From assembly GCA_000320545.1 (NCBI GenBank), contig ADNK01001273.1, positions 22,504-86,503 on the forward strand: DNA of 64,000 nt, given 5' to 3'. Source of the stretch: Bigelowiella natans CCMP2755. Taxonomy: Eukaryota > Protista > Cercozoa. Of the stretch, positions 1 through 13,874 are shown piece after piece. The translations under genes and the position numbers were made by a program. The first letter of the stretch is position 1. Each line of letters begins with the position of its first letter. The notes under the pieces are model-generated. The model was given only the letters and a program-made list of their open reading frames with translations, was not told the origin of the DNA and ran no database searches.

Positions 1-15
1 GAGGAAAGAGATGTT

Positions 16-528
16 ATGGCCTCGGAAGGCAGTGACGCAAATCTGCAGCGACAAGTGAAAGATAGTATGAATGAGACAGAAAACGGAGAAGGGAAAGCAG
101 CCAAAAGTACCCGAGAGCAACCACTCAGCGGGAAAACTCTTAGTTGTAAAACGACACCGCACCAAAGTTCCGAAGCAGGCAGTACGATACGAGGCTTGAA
201 CAAACGGCATCCTTCAAAGGAGAAGGAGGAGAAGGAGGAGAAGGGAGGGGGAAATGATAATGATAACCAGAAGAATGATGATGATGATGATGATGATAAT
301 GATGATGATGATGTTTGTAATTGGGGTGGTGGTAATGATGACGGAGATGGCTATAGTAAGCAGCCCTTTGACCTGCACGAGAGTTTGGCCAAGAAAGCTG
401 CAGCTAGCACGGATGATGACAAGGGGGAAGGAAAGGTTACAATCAATCCAGTGAGGCAGTTTACTGGAGGCGGGGAAGGCCAAAATTGCCTCGACAAGGG
501 AACAGAGACTCAAGAAACTACAAGGTAA
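16..528 (+). other. Low-complexity acidic ORF, probably part of a gene or TE entering from the left edge; product unknown
   Basis: 170-aa ORF with poly-Asp and EK repeats. No recognisable domain. Confidence 0.25.
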
Positions 529-1099
529 AATGAATTCAAAGGATAGCGATAGAGACTACTTGACGCAACAGTATCAAGATGATCAAAACAATATATCGTG
601 CCATCAAGAGAGTAGATGAGCGGGGAGAGGGCCGCCATCGCAGGTGGAGAGGACAGAGAAATCAAGCGTCTATATGGAAACAGATATTCAAAGAAACTAG
701 ATGGACTTTAAAGAGCACTATACCTGATCATAGTAGAATAAAGAAGGAGACAGGGAAACAGGATAGCTTACAGTATTAGAAAAGTGCCGGTTCAGAGCCT
801 GTTAATTAGCCTTGTTTATGAAAGAATTATAAAGATGATGTACATATGATGTATGTATTGAATTAGATTATTAGTCAATGGGACGCAGCTTAGTGCGAAA
901 TAAAGTAGGGAGATCATCATGTAGCTATATGACGGTTTGCAAGTGTCCCAGAGTGAGGAATGTACAAATTAAATAATATATCACCACAAATCACAGCGTG
1001 TACGTGCGATGCGAGCATCAAACAAACAATTTTGTTGCTCCTACACATCAGTCAGCTGCTGCGTTCATGGAGACTGGAATGCAAGCTCAAACGGCTGCA

Positions 1100-2280
1100 T
1101 CTAGATGTTGACAGTCGAGCTGCGCGTCCATGCTAGAGTGGTTGCGGTGACAAGCTGTCTAGCTGTCGCTACTTGCATCATCAATTTTCATGGGGCCAGG
1201 CTTGCAGGTGTGAAGCGCCACACCTTCTTGGCCACACTCGGACAACAAGAAGCACAAAGGTTGGCATTGGGCTCTGAGAGTCTGTCCAAGAAACTGTGTC
1301 TGGACACTCTGCAGCTGGTTTTTGAGCCACTGTGGCAAAGTGGGGGAAGTGAAACCCACGCCGTGCTAGCGTGTTCCAGGATGGGGCGAACGAGAGCACT
1401 CCAGAGGTGAACCCGTGTTCCAGGACGAAGGCTTGTGTGCCCAGCAAAACTGCAATTGAGCCTGCTGGTCTAGCGGTGGCTCGTGGCTTTGCATCGAGAG
1501 GAGCAGCAGCAACCAAGGCCATGTCATCAGCAAATAAGAGTCCAGGTCTGCGGGTGTTTGCAAACTGAACGCCGCAGCCATGGATGTTTGAGACGTTCAA
1601 CGAGGTCATTGGTGAACAGAGCAAGCAGAACCGGGGGTTCAGTGGCACCTTGGTTGAGGGAGGCCTTGCTGGCTTGGTCGACACGAAAAGGTTGGCTGAG
1701 ATTCTGATCAGTCGGGGACCCAACCCCACGTGATTGAGAGGCCAACACGTTCTTGAAGAGGTTGCACATCCTCCCCGTCACACCGCTTCTCAGCAGCTCA
1801 GTTCGCAAGCCTTGAATCCAAACTTTGTCGTGGGCTTTCCGTGGGTCAATGAAGGCAACTGTGGACCCCAAGTTTTGGGCCCTGCGGAGGCAAAGCACTT
1901 GGTGCAGGTTGAAGGTGTGGAAGTCAGTTCCACGGTTCCTTCCAAACTCACCTTGTTCGTCAGCGAGGCAGTTGTTGTTTTCCAGGCAATCGCAGACTCT
2001 CGTCGTTGCAGCACCAGAACCCAGCTTGCCAAGTGCGTTGAGCAAGGTGATGCCCCTGCAGTCAGTGAACTTCAGGTTGGATCACTTTCTCTTGAAGAGA
2101 GGAGCTGCGATGCCTTCTCTCCAGCGTGGGGGCCAATCATCAAAAGCGGCATTGGACGGAGGCTCTCTGACGGCGCTGATCGGAAGCATTTCGAGTTCAG
2201 GATGTTCTTGGCATGAACATGTCGCTTTTCCTTTCAGCACGACAGGCAGGTCGGCTCTGTTTGAGAACAAGTCGTAGAAA
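1100..2280 (-). mobile_element. Degenerate non-LTR (LINE-type) retrotransposon, reverse transcriptase remnant with a stop and frameshift
   Basis: RT motifs occur in the expected order on the minus strand: WPPRWREGIAAPLFKRK*, DCRGITLLNALGK, LADEQGEFGRNRGT, AFIDPRKAHDKVW, QGATEPPVLLALFTNDL, then after a frameshift GLLFADDMAL. Conserved Tyr positions are Cys or His. Confidence 0.9.
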
Positions 2281-2650
2281 CATTTTGGCGATGAACATGC
2301 GGAGAAAGACCTGACAGATTTTGCCTAATCCTGAACCTGGATTCATTACCATCAGCTAGCCACATAGCTGCTGGCTCCCTTTCCTCCCTTCCCATCTGAG
2401 AACGAGGCGAGGGCGTCGATACGAGGTGGCAGCTTGTCGCGCTTGATCACAGGCCTTGATGAAAGAAGGTCAATAGTAACACTAACTTCGGCGGGTGGGG
2501 GGACTGAATAGGAAAATTCTGTGCAATGGCAGACGCTGCAACACAGAGTGCTCTGTTCGTGCTCTTGTACATTATCACAGCTGCAGTCACGTGTGACGAT
2601 CCAATGTTCTATTTTCCGTTTATGAGTCTTGACTTAACATCTGAATCGTT

Positions 2651-3888
2651 ATGCACCCATCAGCACTGGATCTTGACAAAGACCCAGAGCCTCTGCATAT
2701 TGGGGACGGAGAGAATGGATTGGAAGCGACAGTAGGAATCTCGAAGGAAGAATCGCCAAGACTACTGGCGAGAAGGCGGTGAGTGACATATAAGTCGGTT
2801 ACGCACTAACAGTCAAACGATTAACGGAGACGAAAAGCTGCTTCGATTCCCTGCTTTCAATTGCAGCACCCATTTGTTGTTGTTGTTGTCGTTGATCATA
2901 TTGCCTGGCTGTTTCTTGGTTTGATGAACAATTCGATTTCCCCTCCCTTTTAGATCTGGCACTCGGATCATATCGGATGACGATAACAGCACGATTGGGG
3001 AGGTGTGTTGATAAATGCTAGTGACAGTGACAGTGGGATGATGTTCACAGTTGTTCCAAGTTAATTGCCTCAATGTTATTGAAATCGTTCCTCCTGTACA
3101 TATTTCTGGACTTGACTTTGCCTACGTAATTTCTTTGGAATCTCCGACCCGTTCGGAATATTATTGCACCAATTTCTTTTCCTTCGTCGACTCTCCTTTT
3201 TCACTTACCTCTCTCATGCAGCGAGGCCGCTACAAAATGATGATCGATGTGTGTTATTTCCTCGAAAACCATGATTGGCCGCTATCAGCCCCAACTGCAT
3301 GTGATTGATGAACATGGGCCACTTCTGTCTTTTCCAAATTTTTGACTGCCCCGGAGAATGCATGTTTGATGGCCAATAAGTGCTTGTTGTTGGCTGGCTC
3401 TGTCTGTACTTGGCTCTCCTCTTCTTCCTTAAAACCTTTGATTCACCCCCAAAAGGATTTGAAGGACTTCGACTTTCCATCACAGCCAAGTGTCAGTGCT
3501 ATGTGCTTGAACGCCATGAAAACGGCATTCAAGAACTTCTGGACTCAAGTGGTCGTGCAACACACGCAAATAAACGAACAAACAAACACGGATCATCATC
3601 ATCTCACCCCTCCCTCCACTTACTACATATCACTTTTCTGAGACAGCCGAGGATTTCGTGACATGATTTCATCGTTGCTTGTCTTAGAGATTTCGTTTCG
3701 ATATTTTTGTCTGAATGAATGGTCTCGCTACCAGATAAATTCGCACCCCACTATCTGGATCTACTTGGCAGCCGTTGGTGTCCTCTCGGCCTTGCTCGGT
3801 AGTCGCATATACTTATGTGGTCTTTTCTCTCCCATATATTCCCAGCTGTGAGCAATATTCTTTAAGCGACTGCTTGTGTGTATGTTTA

Positions 3889-3927
<39 letters not shown>

Positions 3928-4963
3928 ATGATAATTCCAGGTTACTTAGTGGAGCGCTCTGTGATGGGGTAACGTGACAAAAATGATGCAGCAAACTTTC
4001 CTGATGTAAATACTTGCGTTTTATCTTCTTCTCCTTCTTCTTCTTCATGTCGTTATTATTCGCTGCCGACCGTCGGAAAGGCTGCAAAGACTGCGTTATA
4101 ACATTACCAGCACCGATAACTACATGGCCAACTACTCCGTAAGCAGGAGGGGGGGGAAGAAGAAGAAGAAGAACTAGAGTAGGAGGAGGAATGATAGGGA
4201 GATACACAATATGAATATAGATGTTCACCATTTTTTACACACACGCGCACGCACACACGCACACACCCTTCTATTTATTTTGCGTGGGTATTTGCCATAT
4301 GTTACATTTATTCCCATCATCATCCTCATCCTCATCCTCATCATCATCATCATCATAATTATGAAAAAGGCCTGGGTTTTCGTGTCCCTCGCATTCGTGA
4401 TGGTGGCAGCTCTCATCACGCACTTCTTCCAACAAAACGCGGCCGGTCAGCAACCACGCTTATGAGCGAGCACACTAGCCACATTGAGATCCACACCATA
4501 GGAAGGACAGAAAAATGCACTCATGCACTCGATTTGAAAAAATTACATAATCAGGAGATTCAGATAGATGTATCACCCCTGTCGTAACTTTCCATCACAC
4601 ACTTACTACAGGCTCTGGTATACCGGAGATGAAAAGCATTCTCGGTACTTAGAAAATAATCAATGAAATTCGGCGAGGCGAATGCTTACAGAAATAGTCT
4701 GAATGCAGTTTCAGTCAGCACGTGGTTTTACCTCCTAATAATTTGCGTTGTTTCCTCTACTTCATCCTCATTCCTCTTGTTGTTCTTCTTCTTCTGCTAC
4801 TACTGCTGCTGGCTGCTGCTACTCTTTCTTCTTTTTCCAGGTGGCGTGGTCATGTCGAAATACTTGACGATGAGGACGCTAATCGTAATTTTGCTACTAC
4901 CCTACAATCCCTGCTGTTCCTTGCCATCATACTATCCTCCTCATTGTGCATCTTCCGCCACTT

Positions 4964-5001
<38 letters not shown>

Positions 5002-5348
5002 TGGGCAGAGCAATTCGCCCTTGAGCATCCAAATGAATATTTCCGTCGGTTTTTGCCACTTCCCCTGTCGCTATTTATGTCGGAATTATTTTCCTTCCGG
5101 GTTGATGACGATGTTTGCGTGCACAAACGCAGGCGAAGTTCTTTGGCCTCTGCTTCTGCTTAGCATCCTCGATCCCGATCGGGAAAGAAGGGTGGGTATA
5201 GAAAGAAGAAGAAGAAGAAGAAGAAGAAGAAGAAGAGGAAAAAAAAAAAAAGAAGAACAGCGTCAAATCTGCTGCTGCTGCTGCCACTGCCACATGACCA
5301 CCACTGCAGTGTCATCATAGGAGGTTGCTCTTATTATTCTTCTGTGTG

Positions 5349-5383
<35 letters not shown>

Positions 5384-5814
5384 AAACCAGGCCTCTTGTG
5401 CACATAGCTGCAATCGTAGCCACCCAGACGACCAAGATCCCGATGTTTCGTTACATCCGACAGAACCCGTGAGTAGTAGCAGCGCTGAAGAACAATTGCA
5501 GATTGAGAGCCTTTCTTGCAAAGATGATGATACTCAGAATAATTCCAATGATGCTGTTTTGCCTTCACCGAATAATTCTCGTGATCAATAGACTAGGAAC
5601 GCTGCTGCTGCTGCTGCTACATTTTTAAGCACACGTAGTGCGGCTCTAACTGGAGGGTTGCTGTTATTGTTGCTGTTATTGTTGCTGTTATTGTTGCTGT
5701 TATTGTTGCTGTTATTGTTGCTGTTATTGTTGCTGTTGTCTCGTCGTTGTCGTTGTTGTTTTGCCAGGTTTCTACTGCGTCAGATGCAAAGTGTAGCAGT
5801 TGCCGTAGGTGGGA

Positions 5815-5864
<50 letters not shown>

Positions 5865-6096
5865 CTCATCCTCTTCTTCTTGCTTTAATGCTGATACTTA
5901 TCGTCAAACCGCTACCTCTCGTTTTGGTCATTATTTCGTGTCCTCTGATGCAGGCGTGGCCACATGCTTTGGAGCTCCAGTCGGTGGGGTGCTCTTTAGC
6001 ATAGAGGTAGCTGCTGCTGCTGCGACTAAGGCGAAAATCAATGAATAGAATGCTTATATATATATATATATATATATATTTGTGTGTGTGTGTGTG

Positions 6097-6139
<43 letters not shown>

Positions 6140-6475
6140 GTGTGTGCAGGCCACAGAGCGAGAAATGTAGAGAGACGTAGAGCAGTTGATTCAGACATAG
6201 AGGCGTATTCACGATTTCGAACGACAGAAGACATCATCGTGGGAGAGGCAGCAGACACAACAAGTGCTGACCACCACATCGAAAGCCTGGCCTATTATTC
6301 TACGATAAGTTCTCCGTGGAATGAATTGTTTTGGCACTGTTACCTTCCTTGTTGTCAGGTCACCTCCACTGTCTTCAACGTTTCCAACTTGTGGAAGTGC
6401 TTCTATGGCTCAGCCTGGGCTATCGTCATGTTCCGGTGATAGTAATAAGTAGTTGTTGTTATAGTAGCAGCCGTT

Positions 6476-6506
<31 letters not shown>

Positions 6507-6866
6507 CAGGATGATGATGATGATGAAGGTAATGCTACTACACCTAACAACAAACAGTTATTAAGAATGGAAGAGAGAGAGAGAGAGAGATATGGAAAAA
6601 GCATTCACGGGGATTTAGATTTCTTTCCCTCTCGTTATTGAATTCTGTATCTAATGGTCTAACAGCCTTCCATGCCAAAATCATCGTCATACGTCACATC
6701 GTCGTGACGTTCATCATTGAGATCATCATCATCCATGTTGAAACGACCCATCACTTAAAACGATATCGCACAGAATTCTTCACGAGATTGCCCGTGTGCA
6801 AAACTACGAATACACCGATCTAAATGTAGGACTGTGCAGCAGCAACCACACACACACACACACACA

Positions 6867-6905
<39 letters not shown>

Positions 6906-6993
6906 GGAAGCGAGCTAGGGATCATTCGCAACTGAAAGAATTTGCTGTTACTAGTTTGAGTTAGTCATTGTAAACGATAGTCAATGAAAGTGC

Positions 6994-7026
<33 letters not shown>

Positions 7027-7126
7027 GTAATGGTGTTTGATGATGATGAATGATTATGCCAAGGAAACACGCTTTGGGCCTGTGTTGCTCCTCTTCGTCC
7101 TGCTGGGGGTACACATACATCTCCAC

Positions 7127-7157
<31 letters not shown>

Positions 7158-7671
7158 CGACAGAGAAGTGATGAATATGGGGAGGAGGAGGAGGACCAGC
7201 AATCTATCTAGGGGGAGGGGAGGGGAGGAAACCACCTCTGTCCATAGCGCCGCTGAACGAGCATTAGAGTTGCATTTTAGTCTAATATTTATGCGGCATG
7301 CAAGTGCTACGTACTATTCATAATTCCTCTTACTACGAGCACACGCCTCTATTGTTGAACAAAGCTCCCACACTTCGCTCGCGAGCACCCTTTGGATAAC
7401 CATAGTTCGTCTTCCTGCCTTCTCCTGTCTTTTGACGCAGATTCTATGCGGGTGTATCTCTGCGTTGTTCCTTTTCCTCTTCCTTCTCTGGCAAAAGTAA
7501 TTATAAAGCAAGAGGGACAGAGAGGGGGAGGGAGGGAGGGAGAGAGAGAGAGAGAGAGAGAGGTAGCGTAAAGTATCTGAGCTGCGCTTGGAAAACGTCT
7601 TGGCCATGATCAGCATTGGCTATATCGTCGTCGTCGTCGTCATCATCAACACCATCAACAACGAATATTAT

Positions 7672-7704
<33 letters not shown>

Positions 7705-8630
7705 ACCTAGGCTTATCGAGAGGCTGCAGCTGCAGCACAATTGGAGGAGGTTGTTTTAAGTTTGCTGCGACACACGCTCACACACACACACAAAGAGAGG
7801 GAGAGAGAGAGAGAGAGAGGGAGAGAGAGAGAGTCGTGCCCTGTGTGCGGTGCATACAAGATCCAAAATAATACAGTAACAGATTGTTTGATTCCTAGCC
7901 CCGTCGTCATCTCATGATTACTATCTCTTCTTCTTCTTCTTCTTCTTCTTCTTCTTCTTTTTCTTCTTTTCCAGATACATATTAATATCCGCTGCCACTA
8001 TATCCATCGGGTGAGGATACACTAGAAGGAGAGCCCTGCTCTGCTGCAGCTGCCGCTACCGTTACGTCTCTGCGTGCTGTATGCTGTGGTGGATGTGCCC
8101 CTTCATGGGTGCATAGACGACGCCGATCATGTCGCTCATTGTACGATGTTCGGCTGCTTGTCCTGCTCTCATCATATAGGGTCGTATCCTATCCCATCAA
8201 GTCCCTTTCGATTCCAGATAAGCAGGTGGCTGAGTTCATTTCACGGTGGGGGTGGGTGGGTGGTGATGATGAAGCTTTGGTGTCGTGTTTCCACCCTTTC
8301 TCCGTCCTTAACACTTGACTGTAACCCGCCGCCCCCCCCCTCCCCTTTTCCTTTTGCCCATCAGCATCTATCATTTATTGTTGTTCTTCTTGTTGTTCTT
8401 CTTCTTCTTCCTCCTTAGATAAGCAATGAGATGTTTGATAACGAGGACCTTAAGTCGGAGTTTTGGCAGTGGGGGTGCGTACATCCCTTACCGCACCCAA
8501 TACGACGACGTCGTCTTTAGACTACTACATCCGGGGAGGGAGGGAGGGAGGCGGCAAAGCAAAACGACTCGTGTGATAGGCTTGTTTGCCCAAGCATTTC
8601 ATCGCGCTGCAGCCTCTTCGTCGCATTAAC

Positions 8631-8676
<46 letters not shown>

Positions 8677-9446
8677 TGTGTTTTTGTGTGTGTGTTTGTG
8701 TGTGTGTGTGCCGGTCTTCCCTTCTAGCGACAAGTTGCTCACGTTACCGATCTTCGTAATATAAAGAGGGGAAGGGAAAGAAAGGGGGGGGAAAGGGGAA
8801 AACCGGATTTTATCACACTCTGATTTGAATATGCTTCATTGATTGTTGTGTGAGTTCTGTCGGTGTGCTTCTTAACAGCAATGATTTGACGACGATGATA
8901 ATAATAATAATGATAATAATAATGATAATTAATTATTATTATTATAAAAAGGTTGCATTTAAGCTCCTCTTTGCATCTTTAGCGATTTGCCTTCCTATTC
9001 CAGCAGGGGTAATAATTGTCAAAATAGTAGTAGTAGTAGTAGTAACAATAACAATACAGTTGTTGTGGAAGCAGCAGCAATCTCGGTTGATGGATATGAT
9101 AAATGTCGTCTGATTATTGATTATTCCAATTCTTTACAGTGCCTCACACCAGTCTTCACCGCTGGTGCCGTGTTTGGGTCAGTCGCAGTTCTCTCGGAAA
9201 GATATTCCCTGTGGATCATCCATTCATTCGTTTTCCTCCTCCCCCCCCCCCGCCCCTCCCTTGTTGATTATATATTTGCCTATTAGCCGTTTTTTCGGGG
9301 AATGCTTGCAGGACAGGGACCCCCACTCCAAAGACCCAGGCATTTTTGATATTGTTGGCGCTGCAGCTCTCTCCTCGGTAGGTAAGGGGGGGGGGGGGGA
9401 CAATGCGGTTGTTCCGTCTTCCTCTTTTTTCCCACCATGATCTATA

Positions 9447-9481
<35 letters not shown>

Positions 9482-10110
9482 AATATATGTGCGTTGAGTG
9501 TAAAAATGGGCGCGCACGTGTATGTGTACGTCTAAGTGGATGCACTAGACGCGGAAGTTTACACCTCTTCCTCCTCCTCCTCCTCCTCCTCCTCCTCCCC
9601 CTCCTTCATTGACCATCACGAAAGGGTGTCACACGCTCTCTCTCTGTAACCATAATCGTCTTTGAAGTCACGGGGTACAGTCAAAGATATATAAGAACTC
9701 ACAAAAGGGCGAAGTGCCGATGGGCTTTTTGCCAGGCTGCTAAGGCAGCAATGCTGATCGATTGACTTGACTGCTGTGGTGTTGTCCTGTTTGCCGCTGC
9801 CCTCGTTTGTGGTTTCTTGTCGTAACTTTACGGCAATAATAGGGAGCTTCATAACCTCGTGGGAGTGCTGCTAGCATCCTTGTTCGCATATGCCGTCTCC
9901 GGTAAGAATTGCTAGGTTACAACAAACACATGGAGTTAAGGAGGAGGAGGGGGGGGGGGGGGGGGAATAATAGCTGGTGCTAATAGCGTAAGACGATTCG
10001 TTGGATGATTGAGAGATCTCGCCTGTTTAGTAGTTTTTGGGCCCTCCTTTCATCGTTCCAGCATTTCCTCCTCGTTGTGTAATCTCTCTCCTTCTCTTCT
10101 CTCTCTCTCT

Positions 10111-10148
<38 letters not shown>

Positions 10149-10426
10149 CTTCTCTCTTTCTCTCTCGTGCTGCTGTCGTTGCTGCTGATTGTGCACACTG
10201 CCTCTCTCTGCAGGGGCCTTCTACACGCGGTCCATCTTTGATCTCATCTTACGATGCCGAGGTGTGTGGGGTGGTTTTGATGATGTGAGCCGGTTGCATT
10301 TATATTCATGTGGTGCAAATATATTAATATATACATTTATATTAATAATGTAACAAAATTAATATATATATATATACATATGTACTTTCGTGTGCTGCTG
10401 TGCCTGTGTTGTCGTGTTATGCCAAT

Positions 10427-10458
<32 letters not shown>

Positions 10459-12033
10459 GAACAACGACGACGACGACGCCCAAGGAATGCTAGATAGAAC
10501 GTATGCACAACAACATAGCAGTGTGCATATATTGACTACTCTCCAAATGTCTCTCTATCTTTCTTTCTTTTCTATTGACCAAAGGATTGCCGCACCTCCC
10601 TGAAATCAACTCAAGGGCGAAGATCGCTGCCGAGCTGATGCAGGTGTTCCGTAGAGGAGGAGGGGGGGGGGGGGGGGTGGAGGAGAATCTATCAGCACGA
10701 TGAAAACTGAAGTATAAGATTAAGACAATGATTCTCGAAAATGACATTGGAGATTATGATGATGATTAGGGTGATGATGATGATGATGATGAAACACGAC
10801 AGCTATTGCACGCCAAAAGAGTTGATTGTCCCCCCGTCCCGTCCTCCTCCTCCTCCATCCACCTCCAGTTCATCATAATAATGCTGCTGTGATTGTGGTC
10901 ATTATCATCATCATCATCGTCATCATCATCATCTTCTTCTCTCCTGCTCTGTTTTGTTTTTTTCCCCGCCCAAAAACAACTTCTATTTGTCTTGTGCCGC
11001 TCCTCCTCCTCCTCCTCCACCACCATATGGAGATAATTCGATCGCTCTGCACATGCGAATATGAAATAATGCGGACGTCTGCTAATAACAGCAACAGCAT
11101 CCCACTCCGTGCACGACTTCTGCAGCTAGTAGTTGTGGTGGCGTTGTATCTATTTGTCCGACAAGAGATATTTTCAAAGCAATAGCGCGAGCTATCCTAA
11201 CATATCAAGAAGAAGCACCGATATGATGACGTCATGATGGCCTGGTCGCCGGTGCTTCAGCCCCGCACAAAATCTTTCCAAGCGAAGCTTCGTTATTCCT
11301 GAATAATAAGACCCTGTTGTTGCCGCAGACACACCCAAAGCTGGTTGGAACGATCCCTCGGCACATCATGTAAATAGGGAAGGGGGGGGGTGGGGGGGTG
11401 GGATGGGTAGGTTGTAGTATGAGGTGATGCTGATGCTAGTGCTGCTGATATTACCAATTTGAATGGCAATGCTACTTATTGCAATGCTAATGAGACGTGT
11501 GCCTTTCTGGTATTTAACACCGCCCAATGCTGCCTCCCTCTTCTTCTTCGATCTGATTGATCATGATAACCATAAATCTGCTGCATCTTCCTTCTTCTAC
11601 GGAGTGAAAACGTATGCTGCAATGCATTTATCCTCCTCCTCCTCCTCCTCCTCACCATCATCACCAACACCATCGTCATCATCACTATCACTATCACTAT
11701 CACCATCATCACCACGCTTACGTCATCGTCGCAGGTACCGCTGCTTACTTCGCCATATCAACAACTACATCTCTCTCCATGGATACGCTGCACTTCCCGA
11801 TGACGCGCAGAAGAGACACACGCAATATCAGGAAGAAGGTCGTCTCGATGTCTGCCACTAGAGAGAGAAGAAGAAGAATAGGAAAAAGTAATTATATGTT
11901 GGCTAGCCGTTTCGAGGATGCGGGTTACAGCATATAGGTGTGCGGGGATGGTAGTAGCAACATCCAAATCAGCAATATCTGTCGTCGTCATTGTCTTCAT
12001 CCTCCTCCTTCATCTTCCTCCTCCTCCTCCTCT

Positions 12034-12080
<47 letters not shown>

Positions 12081-12889
12081 TTCTTCTTCTTCTGCTCTCA
12101 ATTGAAGTGCAATCACCAACGGTCATTGCTGCTGTGTGCCTTTCCTCGTTGGTTGGGGACATATTTGAGAATCTCTCTCTCTCTCTGTCTCTCTCTCTCT
12201 CTCTCTCACATTGAAGTTATTATTGTTGTTATTATTGTTATTACCATTATTGGCGATGTAAAGGTTCTCCAGACGCTGGAGACACAACGAAGGTAGCAGC
12301 AGCAGTAGTAGCAGCAGCAGCAGTAGCCCGCGACCACAATCAGCACACATAAAGAACGCACACAATTGCTTAGATAACGATGACAACGGCATCTCTTCTC
12401 TTCGTTCACTTTGTCTTCTTCTTCTTCTTCTTCTTCTTCTTCTTCTTCTTCTCAGGCGCATATGCTGGCATGGTGGGACGAAGTCTACGCAAACTCCAAT
12501 TACGTACGGATGATGATGATGATTATGATGATGATGATTCTTCAGTGACAACGATGATGATGATGATGATGATGACAGTCGGTGCTTTCGCCTCTCTCTT
12601 CGAAACCGCCATCCTTGTCGTCCTCCTTTTCACTTCTTGCGCGTTTTCTCGTCTCTGATAATGTCGCCGTCCAAATGTATCATTCTTCATTAATCTTACA
12701 CACACACGCACACACACACACACACACACACAAACGCAAATACACACATATGCTTTGTTCTCCCCGCCTCAGCAAAGAGATACTACTGCTAAAGATAAAG
12801 AATATGAAGATCTAGAAAGGGGTGCGAGCTTGCGCATGCGCGTGCGCCCGTGTATGTGTGTGTGTGTGTGTGTGTAAAGATGGTGGGAG

Positions 12890-12926
<37 letters not shown>

Positions 12927-13008
12927 GATAGAAAGGGGTCGAGATGTATTTGAAAAGAGGGATAATGTTACTTCACTGTAACCCTCAATTCCCTCAGAGA
13001 GCCTCATT

Positions 13009-13063
<55 letters not shown>

Positions 13064-13825
13064 CGCACATCCCCCCCCCTCCCCACTCGTGTATCGAAAG
13101 ATCACCTTCCTCCTCTCCTCCTGCTCCTCCTCCTCTTCCTCCTGCTCCTCTCATTCTCCTCGTTTTATCCATCATCAGGGCGAGAGGCAGAATAGTCTTG
13201 TGAAGGCCAGCAGCAGGGACACAAGAGTGGTACTACTGTAGACATGTTTACCAACAACAGCAAGAACTGCAAAATCAAGCGGTCGTGGTAGCGACCGCCA
13301 ACATATTCAGTTGCTATCCCCTCCCCCGATCGGTTTATGTTATGCAATAGATGCAAGTTCTCCGGCAGCGCGGCTTTGAAGTCGATAATGAGATGAAACA
13401 GGTGTTTCCTCCTCCTCCTCCACCTCCTCCACGTGTAGTAAACGATATTACTGTGACAGTGATTGTAGCGATTATCATCATCACCATTGTCTTCATGATC
13501 GTCGTCTTCTCTCCTGCTTTCTTTTGCCTTTTTCCCCGCTCAAAAACGACTTCTATCTGTCTTGTGCCTCTCCTCCTCCTCCTCCTCCTCCTCCTCCTCC
13601 TCCTCAAGTCTCGGAGCATGTCTATGGTGTTGAATGCTGTCAAGGTGGTGACTAATGAGAGCAAGCACTGATGATGATGACGATGATGATGACGATGATG
13701 ATGACGATGATGATGATGATTCCTCCCCCCTAGTGTAGTAAAGCCACCAATGAAAGCATATTGCACTCGGTAGTTCGTTCAGTAACATATGTGACATGAA
13801 TTATGTGTATATTAGTATTATAAAA

Positions 13826-13874
<49 letters not shown>

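Noticed and set aside
1100-2280. Classical RIP or 5mC deamination as the cause of TE decay
   Set aside because: Those are C>T changes that deplete CpA or CpG, and RIP raises TpA. The reverse is seen here, and CpG is abundant.
5658-5735. Regular 12-bp repeat as a possible CRISPR-like array
   Set aside because: It is a spacerless minisatellite in a eukaryotic intron.
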